From the sequence record DRR723986_9267: a stretch of DNA of 36,186 nt, one strand, 5' to 3'. This document shows positions 27,237 through 35,688 of this stretch, piece by piece. The position numbers were made by a program, and so were the translations under genes. Under the pieces are notes generated by a model. It ran no database searches. It was not told the DNA's origin and was given only the letters and a program-made list of their open reading frames with translations. The stretch's first letter is position 1. Every line of letters starts with the position of its first letter.

Positions 27237-28187
27237 TTGCTAAATTATCACGATCTATCTGATGACCAATTTGAGCAAGTTGTCGTTGCATTGGGCCAGC
27301 GCCTTTTCGGTGCGGGATTTAGTGGCTTTACAAAGGGGAAAGACGGCGGGAAGGATGGGAAGTTTCGCGGCATCGCTCAAGCATACCCTTCCACGGCGTC
27401 ACCATGGAAAGGCGGTACGATCGTTCAAGCCAAGCATACCATGGGCCTCAATGCGTCCTTCAGCGATAAGACTTTCTTCAATCCTGATACGGAAACGGGC
27501 GTGCTACCGGACGAACTCCCGCGGATCGTCGAAATGATCCGGGCAGGAGAACTTGATAACTATCTTGTTGTTTCGAACAGAAAATTGACCGGGATCGCCC
27601 AAGGTAAACTGGAGACGTACCTACACGGAAAAACGGGTTTGCCCAAGGAACAACTGGGGTTCCTTGGCACCAGCCAGCTTGATGACCTGCTTGCGTTGTA
27701 TCCCGATGTCCGAAGCCGCTTGAACTTTCGGCCGCTTGATCGCCCTCTTATTGTTCGGCCGGACGAGTTGGCGGAGACAATTGAGGCGTTCCGAGACGCG
27801 CTTGCAGAGTTGGACGTCCCGGTATCGAAAGACTTGCCGACCGCGCGCACTCCGTTTGAAGAGAAGAACCGCCTCAACAATATGAGTGAAGATTACGCCA
27901 AGAAATTGCGCAGTTTATATCTAGCAGTTACGAAGCAGATTGACGTCTTTCTTAGCGACCCCAAGAACGAGGCCTTCCAAGCAGCATACCATGACGCTAC
28001 TGAAGAATTCTCGCTCAAGATAATAGAATTCCAGAAAGAAGGAGACACATTCGACAGTATTTTCAACTATCTTCTAGACATGTTGATAGACCGCTCGTCT
28101 ACTTTGAGAAGCAACCAACGCCTTACCCGGGCCATGTTGTTCTACATGTACTGGACTTGCGACATCGGGACGAACGCCGATGCTTAG
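27237..28187 (+). CDS. Lamassu/ABC-3C effector (LmuA-like): Mrr-like PD-(D/E)xK nuclease plus C-terminal domain
   Basis: FEQ...KDGGKDG...IVQAKH nuclease motif; C-terminus EKNRLN...YMYWTCDIG; TTG start with GGAGG upstream. Confidence 0.82.
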   Translation: MLNYHDLSDDQFEQVVVALGQRLFGAGFSGFTKGKDGGKDGKFRGIAQAYPSTASPWKGGTIVQAKHTMGLNASFSDKTFFNPDTETGVLPDELPRIVEMIRAGELDNYLVVSNRKLTGIAQGKLETYLHGKTGLPKEQLGFLGTSQLDDLLALYPDVRSRLNFRPLDRPLIVRPDELAETIEAFRDALAELDVPVSKDLPTARTPFEEKNRLNNMSEDYAKKLRSLYLAVTKQIDVFLSDPKNEAFQAAYHDATEEFSLKIIEFQKEGDTFDSIFNYLLDMLIDRSSTLRSNQRLTRAMLFYMYWTCDIGTNADA

Positions 28188-28419
28188 GCCCACGAAGCAT
28201 GCCCATCCGGACCTTACCGTTATGAACATGGCCTACCTACTGCTCACACGGCTTCGGAAGTCCCGAAGCGAGAGCTATTCGGACCTTCTGCGATACGCGA
28301 CATTATCGAGTTCGAGTGGTGAAAAACTCTTTCTCCCCTCCCTGAATTTTCTCTTTTTGCTTGGATTGGTGCGTTACCACCCCAAGGGCGACCGATTTGA
28401 ATACATAGGTGCCAAGTGA
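28180..28419 (+). CDS. Lamassu/ABC-3C middle component (LmuC-like, 79 aa)
   Basis: MLRPTKHAHP...FLPSLNFLFLLGLVRY; overlaps both neighbours. Confidence 0.8.
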   Translation: MLRPTKHAHPDLTVMNMAYLLLTRLRKSRSESYSDLLRYATLSSSSGEKLFLPSLNFLFLLGLVRYHPKGDRFEYIGAK

Positions 28420-30212
28420 AACTCGTGCGCCTCTACTCCAACCTTGATCACTATTTCACACCCGTCGATTTCAACGCGGGCTTCAATGCTGTAGTCGCGG
28501 AAATACGGCATCCTGAGAACCGAAGCAAAAGCTCCCACAACCTGGGCAAGTCGACACTCGCTCGCGTGATCGATTTTTGCCTATTGGGAAAAATTGATAA
28601 AGACCACTTTTTCAAGAAGCGGGGTGATCTATTCTCAGAATTCGTTTTTTTTCTTGAACTCCAACTTCTCGACGGAAGCCATTTGACAATCCGGAGGTCC
28701 GTCCAATCACCAACAAGAATCTCTTTTAAGAAATCAGAGGCTTCTGAACCTGACCTGTCATCATTGGGTGATGACGGTTGGACACACTCAAACCTAGCCT
28801 TTGAAAAGGCGCAGGCTCTTCTTGATGGCTATCTCGACTTCACAGACATCAGCCCATGGAAGTACCGGGAGGCTCTGGGGTATTTTCTCCGCCGCCAATC
28901 AGACTATGACGATGTCTTTAAACTTCAACGCCACATGGGGGCTGACATCCATTGGAAGCCGCTTCTAGCTCGCGTTTTAGGATTGGATGCCTCGTTGTTC
29001 AAAGAGCGTTACTCGATGAAGAACGACATCGATCAGAAGCAAGTGGAGCTCCAAGCATTTGAGAATCAAAGCGGCGCCACTGAAGAGCAACTGGAAAATG
29101 CTGACGCACTGTTGCAGCTTCGCGAGGCCGATGTCGAACGTATGCAGTCAGAACTTGACCAATTTGACTTTGAGGAAGCTGACGCAGCTGCGACTGATCG
29201 TTTGGTAGGGAATATCGATCAGGAGATCGCAGCATTAAACGATCGACGTTACGCATTGACTTATAATGAGCGTGAAATTAGTGATGCCCTGAAAGATGAA
29301 AAAATTTCTTTTGACCCCCAGAAGGCGAAGTCTTTGTTTGATGAGGTGGGGATCCTTTTCCCTGATCAGATCGTCGCTGATTTCGAGCAGCTCATCGCTT
29401 TTAATCGCGCGATCACTCAAGAACGACAGCAGTACCTTCGAGAAGAGCTGGCCGCAACTCGTACTGAGTTGACCGAGATTGGTCGAAAACTGGCACAATT
29501 GAACAGCGAGCGAAAATCGGCTCTCGCCTTTTTGCGGTCGGAAGACGTATTCACAAAGTATAAAGAAGTCTCAGCGCGGATTTCAAGAATCAATGCTGAG
29601 GTCACTATACTGCGAAAGCAGCAAGAATTCAGGACCAACATCCAAGAAAAACGTGAAGAGCTTCGCTCTCTTAGAGCCACATACTCTATGCAACAAGGTT
29701 TAGCCGAACGTCAGGTCAGGTCAGTCAGTCAAGATCCTGAAAGCCTGTTGGCACAAACTCGTAAACACTTCAGCTCGATCATCGAACGTGTCCTCGGGCG
29801 GAAAGCACTCTTAAATGTGCGAGTAAACTCCGAGGGGAACCTCGACTTCCGGGCGGATTTTGTTGATGATAACGAGCTTGCGACTAGTGAAGGTGACGGC
29901 ACCTCCTACCGGAAGCTTCAATGTGTGGCCTTCGATTTGGCTGTTCTTCGCGCCCACGTGGATGGAAAGTTTCCGCGCTTCGTCTATCACGATGGCGTTT
30001 TCGAGGCATTGGACCCACGCCCAAAACAGAACCTTTTGGATGTGATACGAGAGTACAGTGATCTTGGGATTCAAACGGTGATTACGCTAATTGGTTCAGA
30101 TGCACCGCCGCCTGAGGCTGGCGCCGGCGACGTGTTTGGACCGGACGAAGTGGTCGTGAAGCTACACGATGATGGGAAGGAAGGGCGCTTGTTCAAGTTC
30201 GAGAGCTGGTAA
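28416..30212 (+). CDS. Lamassu/ABC-3C SMC-like ABC ATPase (LmuB-like, DUF2326)
   Basis: Walker A HNLGKST, long coiled coil, degenerate signature GDGTSY, Walker B FVYHDGVFE. Confidence 0.88.
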   Translation: MKLVRLYSNLDHYFTPVDFNAGFNAVVAEIRHPENRSKSSHNLGKSTLARVIDFCLLGKIDKDHFFKKRGDLFSEFVFFLELQLLDGSHLTIRRSVQSPTRISFKKSEASEPDLSSLGDDGWTHSNLAFEKAQALLDGYLDFTDISPWKYREALGYFLRRQSDYDDVFKLQRHMGADIHWKPLLARVLGLDASLFKERYSMKNDIDQKQVELQAFENQSGATEEQLENADALLQLREADVERMQSELDQFDFEEADAAATDRLVGNIDQEIAALNDRRYALTYNEREISDALKDEKISFDPQKAKSLFDEVGILFPDQIVADFEQLIAFNRAITQERQQYLREELAATRTELTEIGRKLAQLNSERKSALAFLRSEDVFTKYKEVSARISRINAEVTILRKQQEFRTNIQEKREELRSLRATYSMQQGLAERQVRSVSQDPESLLAQTRKHFSSIIERVLGRKALLNVRVNSEGNLDFRADFVDDNELATSEGDGTSYRKLQCVAFDLAVLRAHVDGKFPRFVYHDGVFEALDPRPKQNLLDVIREYSDLGIQTVITLIGSDAPPPEAGAGDVFGPDEVVVKLHDDGKEGRLFKFESW

Positions 30213-30333
30213 CTGCCTATACGCTCAAGACGAAGATCTCATCTGGATTGGATGACCGCTATTATTGGGCGATCCGCAGCTTAGGAGCACCTGAGCCAGC
30301 GACCGCTCTGGGTCGATCGCGTAGGTCAAGCCT

Positions 30334-30654
30334 TTAACTGATGGCAAGGTCGCTCGCGGTCTTTCCCGCTTCCAGGGCTTCTACGAACCACTGCGGTTTC
30401 CGCCCTCGGCCGGACCAGGTGAGCGCCGGGTTCTCAGGGTGCCGGTATTTCGCCGCGGCAGGCGCACGGGAGGATTTCGTTTCGGTGCCGACAAGTTCGG
30501 ACAGGGAGTAGCCCAGATCCCGGGCGAGAGCTTCCACCTTGGCGCGGGCTTCCGCCTTATGCCGATCCTCAAATGTGGTAATCGCCTTGGCGACGTCCTT
30601 CTGCATTTTCTTCAGCTCGCTGAGCGACAGTGCCTCGAGATCGTAATCAGCCAT
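30334..30654 (-). CDS. hns: H-NS family nucleoid protein
   Basis: AKYRHPENPALTWSGRGRKPQW motif; ATG at 30654. Confidence 0.93.
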   Translation of the reverse strand: MADYDLEALSLSELKKMQKDVAKAITTFEDRHKAEARAKVEALARDLGYSLSELVGTETKSSRAPAAAKYRHPENPALTWSGRGRKPQWFVEALEAGKTASDLAIS

Positions 30655-30861
30655 TGATGCGGTCCGTGTCCTGAATGTCCCGGTATCGATAGCCTGTCGA
30701 TGCAAGGTGCCGCAACGCCCGGCAGGCAAGGGCAGGGGTGGCAGATGCTGGTGATCGCAGTTCTCGTCGCCAGTGAGGTGCTGAACTGGGGATCAGGCAG
30801 TCCCGATTGGCAGGATGACAGGGTCTGGCATGGGCTCCCCGCGCCTCTCTGCCTTCCGGGG

Positions 30862-31064
30862 CCATCCCTTCGACTGACAATCCCCTAATCCCGTTCGGTC
30901 TCCTGCGCGCAACCCCGCGTCAGTCCGGGCCGTGTTGCCCCGTTGGGGCTGCCCGCTCCACCCCGGTCCTCTGGGGGTTTCCGGCGTCCGTGCCGTCCAC
31001 CGTGCACGCGTCATCCGACGGGCTTTTTCCGGGTCTTGTCGAAGGGACGGTCCCGAAGACAGGA
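30862..31064 (+). repeat. Structured leader family B, copy 2 (before ssb)
   Basis: GGTCTTGTC..GGGACGGTCCC..AAGACAGGAC; upstream CCATCCCTTCGAC is complementary (12/13) to 31038-31050. Confidence 0.7.
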
Positions 31065-31080
31065 CACACAGGAGCTTATC

Positions 31081-31485
31081 ATGCAAAACATCGTCATCCT
31101 CGCCGGCAACATCGGCCAAAAACCCGAAGCCCGCACCACCCAAGGCGGCACCAACATCACCAACTTCAGCCTCGCCACCTCGCGCCCCCGCCTCTCGGAA
31201 GGTCGCGTCCTTCGCGACGAGAACGGCTACCGTGTCATGGACAACGAATGGCACCGCATCACCTGCTTCAACGGTCTCGGCAAGACCGTCGCCGAGCATT
31301 GCGAAAAGGGCATGAAGGTCCTCGTCCACGGCCGCATCCACTACAGCAAGTGGATCGACAGCATGGGGAACGACCGCTACGGCTGCGAGATCATCGCCGA
31401 GAAGGTCGACTTCCTAAGCCGGCCGAAGTCGGCCGAGAACGAAAACCCCGAACTGGTCGACCGCGACGACGAGATCCCGTTCTGA
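31081..31485 (+). CDS. ssb: Single-stranded DNA-binding protein
   Basis: VILAGNIGQKPE, EWHRITCF, KGMKVLVHGRI, acidic tail DDEIPF; AGGAG RBS. Confidence 0.95.
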   Translation: MQNIVILAGNIGQKPEARTTQGGTNITNFSLATSRPRLSEGRVLRDENGYRVMDNEWHRITCFNGLGKTVAEHCEKGMKVLVHGRIHYSKWIDSMGNDRYGCEIIAEKVDFLSRPKSAENENPELVDRDDEIPF

Positions 31486-31505
31486 AAAGAACGGGGTCTC
31501 CCCCT

Positions 31506-31535
31506 CGGGCCCGGCGGGGTAACCCGCCGGGTTCG
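31506..31535. terminator. Strong hairpin between convergent genes
   Basis: CCCGGCGGG-gtaa-CCCGCCGGG core, extendable with G.U pairs. Confidence 0.6.
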
Positions 31536-31599
31536 CGGCATGACCCAAAAGCAACCTTGAGCCCACAATGACCAATGTCGCGGGGCATGCGAATGGCTG

Positions 31600-32154
31600 C
31601 TATCGCTGCGTTTCGGGCAACGGCTCGCCAGTGATGTAGGTATACGACCCACGGACCAGTTGCAGCACCACGTCCAGTTCGGCTTCGGTAATTGGCGTAT
31701 AGATCATCACGAACCCCTCCCAACCCGCGCGCTGATCGGCCCAAGGATGTGCCACGGCCCAACCGGCGTCTATCGCGGCACGGGCAGTATCGGGGTGCAG
31801 CGCGGCATGCAGACTGCCATCAGGGTGAAGATGGGCGAACTCGCGTCCGCCGACGATGGCCTGCGGTTGTGCCATCGGGGCGTCGCTTGTCAGCTGAAAC
31901 CCAACCGCACCGGGGAGCGATACGCGGGTCGCCCCAAGAACGACCCAGGGAAGTGCAGCGACTTGACGCAGCATTTCTTCTGACAACTCAGGGACCGGCG
32001 ATACGCCGATCTGCACGTGCGGCACGCCGTTCGTCGTCTCCGGACGCGCGCCATCGCGCATCGGGAAAGTGACGTTCTGGGCGGACGCGGGCACCGCCGC
32101 AGTGAGCAGCGATACTGCGGCCGGGATCAGAAGCAGGTTTGAAAGTCTTGGCAT
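31600..32154 (-). CDS. Exported luciferase-like (DUF5519) domain protein
   Basis: Sec signal (ASA-Q), EFAHLHPDGSLHAAL, GWAVAHP, VMIYTP...E. Confidence 0.75.
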   Translation of the reverse strand: MPRLSNLLLIPAAVSLLTAAVPASAQNVTFPMRDGARPETTNGVPHVQIGVSPVPELSEEMLRQVAALPWVVLGATRVSLPGAVGFQLTSDAPMAQPQAIVGGREFAHLHPDGSLHAALHPDTARAAIDAGWAVAHPWADQRAGWEGFVMIYTPITEAELDVVLQLVRGSYTYITGEPLPETQR

Positions 32155-32197
32155 CTCGATATCCTTTTGGTCCCGGCCGCAGCGTTGATTGTCTGGC

Positions 32198-32692
32198 TCA
32201 AGTCGCATGAAACGCCCGGCTCACGGCAAAGCTGTCCTCGAACCAGTTCCATAGGACGATCTGTCCGTCGCGGACCTTGGCGCGCAGGGCAAAGGTGAAC
32301 GCGTCGGTTTCCGCGCCAGAGGCCGTCAGCCGCAATCTCATCCGGCCGAAGACGGCCACGGTGTCACCGGAGGCGAAAGCGTCCTGGTTTTCCCAGTGGG
32401 TGACCTGAACATTCTGCGAGAACGTGCCAAGAAAGCTGAAGATCGTCTCCTTGCCTTCCCACGTGCCGATCCATGGCAAGGCGGGATCACCTTCGTTTTG
32501 CCAGACCATGTCGTCGGCCATAAGCGCACCCATGGCATCCATGTCACCGCCGCCCATGGCCCCCATGAAGGCCATGACTGTATCGAACGAGGCTTGGGTT
32601 GCGTCGTCGGTGGTCTGCGCGGTCGCTGGCGCTGCAAGGGCAATCCCGGTCGCGGCGGCTGCGGATGCGGCAAGAAGCTGTCGTCTGTGCAT
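32198..32692 (-). CDS. SnoaL/NTF2-like protein with Tat signal
   Basis: HRRQLL signal; ADDMVW, PWIGTWEGKE, GDTVAVFG, VRDGQI. Confidence 0.85.
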   Translation of the reverse strand: MHRRQLLAASAAAATGIALAAPATAQTTDDATQASFDTVMAFMGAMGGGDMDAMGALMADDMVWQNEGDPALPWIGTWEGKETIFSFLGTFSQNVQVTHWENQDAFASGDTVAVFGRMRLRLTASGAETDAFTFALRAKVRDGQIVLWNWFEDSFAVSRAFHAT

Positions 32693-32717
32693 GTTGATAC
32701 TCCTGTTGGGGGGCAGA

Positions 32718-33197
32718 TCACCGGCCGGAAAGCTGCTGCAACGCGCTTGCCCAATCTTCTACATGGTAGGTCCGAACGATGACGCCATCGTCCAACTCGT
32801 GGATGTCGATGGTCAGGATGTCGAAGCTGCGCCCTTCACCATCCACGCCGAAAAACGGGCCTGTCGGCGTTCCCGTCGCACGGCTGCGCACGGTGACGAA
32901 ATCACCGTCCTGATGCATCGCCTGCACGGACCAGTCGAGATCAGGAATGAGTTGGCTGAAGAACCCCATCTGTCCGACGAACCCGTCGCGGCCCTCGTTC
33001 TCGCCGGAGTAGTCGCCTACACTTTCCCAACTCTCGGACGTCGCGCCAAGGAACGCCGCAACATGGGTCTCGGACCCGGGATTGCTAAGCAAGTCGTAGA
33101 AGGTTTGCACGGTCGCCATGTCGTCGGCGGCGGCACTGGTTGCAATGGCTGTCAGCCCAAGCGTGGCTGCTGCAAGCGTTGTCCGGAATGCGTTCAT
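32718..33197 (-). CDS. SnoaL-like ester/polyketide cyclase family protein, exported
   Basis: Signal peptide; IPDLDW, GDFVTVRSRATGT, GPFFGV, HVEDW; GGAG RBS. Confidence 0.85.
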   Translation of the reverse strand: MNAFRTTLAAATLGLTAIATSAAADDMATVQTFYDLLSNPGSETHVAAFLGATSESWESVGDYSGENEGRDGFVGQMGFFSQLIPDLDWSVQAMHQDGDFVTVRSRATGTPTGPFFGVDGEGRSFDILTIDIHELDDGVIVRTYHVEDWASALQQLSGR

Positions 33198-33326
33198 AGA
33201 TGTGTCTCCTGGTTGGTCAAAAACAGTGCCGCGCGGGGGTGCGGGCCTCCTGCCACCAAGATGGACAAATCCAGATACTGGCATAAGATAGGATAGATAG
33301 ATTTAACTGTTCGGAAATCTTACTTT

Positions 33327-34211
33327 ATGATCGACCGATTGCGCCAGATGGCGATCTTTGCCAAGACGATTGACCACGGCTCCTTCCGCGGGGCTGCCCG
33401 GGAACTACGGCTGTCGCCTTCGGTGGTCAGTCACCACATCTCGCAGCTTGAAGACAGCCTTGGCGTCGCGCTGATCTATCGCTCGACCCGAAAGTTGACG
33501 CTGACGCGCGAAGGTCACAGGCTGCTGGCTGCAGCGCAGAAGATGCTGGAGGCTGTCGAGGGCGAGTTGGCGGAACTGTCGATGTCCGCAAATGCGCCAA
33601 GCGGTGAGCTTCGCATGACCATTCCATCCGTCCTGTCTCAATCGCATTTCACAGAGCAAATCGCGGCCTTTTCCAAGGCCCACCCGAGGATCAGACTGTC
33701 TCTGGATTTTTCGGACATCCGACGCGACCTGATCGATGACGGCTTTGATATCGCGATCCGAATGGGCCCCAAGGCGAAAACCACCGCCACCTCCCGCAAA
33801 CTGTTTTCGGTCGAGCGCAGATTGGTCGCCTCCACCGACTACCTCGCATCGCGCTTGGCTCCGGATCATCCCGATGACATTGCCGACTGGGATTGGCTGG
33901 CCCTCATTCCGGTTCAGAACGCCCCTGTGTCGTTCACCAAGGCGGGGGGCACGCAAGCAACGGTCAAGCCCGAAGCGCGTGTCTTTGCCAACGATGCTCA
34001 GGCGCTCTATCGCCTGGCGCGTGCGGGTGCAGGGCTCGCCATCGTTCCGGATTTCCTAGCTCGCGAGGACGTGCAAGTGGGAACAATGGGATACGTTCTG
34101 CCCAAATGGAAGTTGCGTGTGATTGATGTCTTCGCAGCTTGGCCTGCCAACGCTCCAAAGCACGGCCTTATCCATCTGGCATTGGACGCTTTAAGTCAGA
34201 ACAGGCCCTGA
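33327..34211 (+). CDS. LysR family transcriptional regulator
   Basis: GSFRGAARELRLSPSVVSHHISQLE HTH, RSTRKLTLT, DLIDDGFDIAIR; divergent from the SnoaL operon. Confidence 0.95.
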   Translation: MIDRLRQMAIFAKTIDHGSFRGAARELRLSPSVVSHHISQLEDSLGVALIYRSTRKLTLTREGHRLLAAAQKMLEAVEGELAELSMSANAPSGELRMTIPSVLSQSHFTEQIAAFSKAHPRIRLSLDFSDIRRDLIDDGFDIAIRMGPKAKTTATSRKLFSVERRLVASTDYLASRLAPDHPDDIADWDWLALIPVQNAPVSFTKAGGTQATVKPEARVFANDAQALYRLARAGAGLAIVPDFLAREDVQVGTMGYVLPKWKLRVIDVFAAWPANAPKHGLIHLALDALSQNRP

Positions 34212-34278
34212 AGCTGCCGACGACCCAGTCGCAGCGAAAGCACTGTTTTCCCGCATTGCTGCCGATCAAGCCAAGGTT

Positions 34279-34356
34279 TCGAGAGTCAGAGAAGGGCTGG
34301 TTGCTTTCGCGACGGGTTTAGGGCTGGGAGAGCGGCTCCCGGCGCCTGTCACGGAG
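34279..34356 (+). repeat. Structured leader family A, copy 2 (before the DUF932 gene)
   Basis: TCGAGAG-N11-CTGGTT-N8-GACGGG..CTGGGAGAGCGGCTCCCGGCGCCTGTCACGGAG. Confidence 0.75.
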
Positions 34357-34364
34357 GAATGCCG

Positions 34365-35564
34365 ATGGGTGTTGTGGAAGTTCTGGATCCAGGTCAGCCG
34401 GCTCGGGCTGGTGGCTGGAAAGTGGATGTGAGCAGGGGTGAGCGGAACGGGCGGGTATCGTCCGAATGGTTCAACCGGCCCGATGACGAGCGGTATCTCT
34501 CGCTCGACGATCTCTGGGCCAATGTGAAAGGCCGGTCGGAGCGCAGCCGCAGCCGCGTGGTACAGACGGCGGATATCCGGGTCGAGGCTGCGCGCGACAA
34601 CCCCGAGCGGTTGCACTTGATGCTGCCGAAGGCACAAGAACCGGTCGCGCCGACGCATTGGGCGTTTGGCCAGCTTGCCAGCATCGTCGGCGCCCCGGCC
34701 TCCTACCTGCGGCAGTTGCCGGCGCCGCTGGCGGGCATCAACCTGCAATATGGTCTGACCAACCACCGCGCCGAGCAGGTGAAGACCTTCGAGACCGAAG
34801 ATGGCCGCACGGAGTTGCGCGCCGTGACCGGCCCGGACTATGGCCGCATCCATGACCACGAGTTGGTCGAGGCGGTGCAGCGCATCGCGGGCAATGGCAC
34901 GGGCGACACGCGCTGGAAGGTGCCGGGCGTGCTCGACTGGTCGACCGGGGTCTACAACCCTGATGTCGAGATCAGCCGCGACACGACCACGCTTTATGCC
35001 TCGGACCGCGATGTCTTCCTGTTCCTGGTCGATGATCGCAACCCGATCGAGGCGGGCAAGTTGCCGGACGGCTCCCCCGATCTCTACTTCCGGGGTTTCT
35101 ACTGCTGGAACTCCGAAGTGGGGGCAAAGACCCTCGGCATGGCGAGCTTCTACCTGCGAGCCGTGTGCCAGAACAGGAATCTCTGGGGGGTCGAGGATTT
35201 TCAGGAGATCCGGATCCGGCATTCGAAATACGCAGCCTCCCGCTTTGCCCATGAGGCGGCACCGGCGCTGACGCGGTTTGCCAATTCCTCGCCGCAGGGC
35301 TTCGTGAACGGCATCAAGGCGGCGCGGCAGCAGATCGTGGCGCGCAGCGATGAGGACCGTGCGAATTTCCTGAGGAAGCGCGGCTTCTCGAAGCCCGAAT
35401 CTGGCAAGATCATCGAGAAGGTGCTGATGGAAGAGGGCCGCCCGCCCGAAAGCATCTTCGACTTCGTGCAGGGTATCACGCGACTTGCGCGCGACAAAAC
35501 CCAGCAGGATGCGCGGCTCGACATGGAAGGGCGCGCCAAGAAGCTCCTCGACCGGGTCGGCTGA
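34365..35564 (+). CDS. DUF932-family protein
   Basis: RPDDERYLSL, YASDRDVFLFL, RGFYCWNSEVG, RAVCQNRNLWG, IRHS. ATG at 34365 fits the GGAGG RBS (34359 is an alternative). Confidence 0.8.
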   Translation: MGVVEVLDPGQPARAGGWKVDVSRGERNGRVSSEWFNRPDDERYLSLDDLWANVKGRSERSRSRVVQTADIRVEAARDNPERLHLMLPKAQEPVAPTHWAFGQLASIVGAPASYLRQLPAPLAGINLQYGLTNHRAEQVKTFETEDGRTELRAVTGPDYGRIHDHELVEAVQRIAGNGTGDTRWKVPGVLDWSTGVYNPDVEISRDTTTLYASDRDVFLFLVDDRNPIEAGKLPDGSPDLYFRGFYCWNSEVGAKTLGMASFYLRAVCQNRNLWGVEDFQEIRIRHSKYAASRFAHEAAPALTRFANSSPQGFVNGIKAARQQIVARSDEDRANFLRKRGFSKPESGKIIEKVLMEEGRPPESIFDFVQGITRLARDKTQQDARLDMEGRAKKLLDRVG

Positions 35565-35578
35565 CACCGGCCCGCCAC

Positions 35579-35612
35579 TGCGACCGCCTGCATGCGCGGC
35601 GGTCGCACTTTC
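35579..35612 (+). terminator. Probable intrinsic terminator
   Basis: TGCGACCGCC-N9-GGCGGTCGCA-CTTTC. Confidence 0.6.
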
Positions 35613-35688
35613 CCCTTCGACAAGCGCCCGAATGGACCTGCCCAGAAGTGGCCGGGGGCCTCGACGCGTGCAGTTCTGCGAGATCCCC

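Noticed and set aside
26957-30333. IS ends or target-site duplication around the defence island
   Set aside because: No terminal inverted repeats, direct repeats or transposase found by eye.
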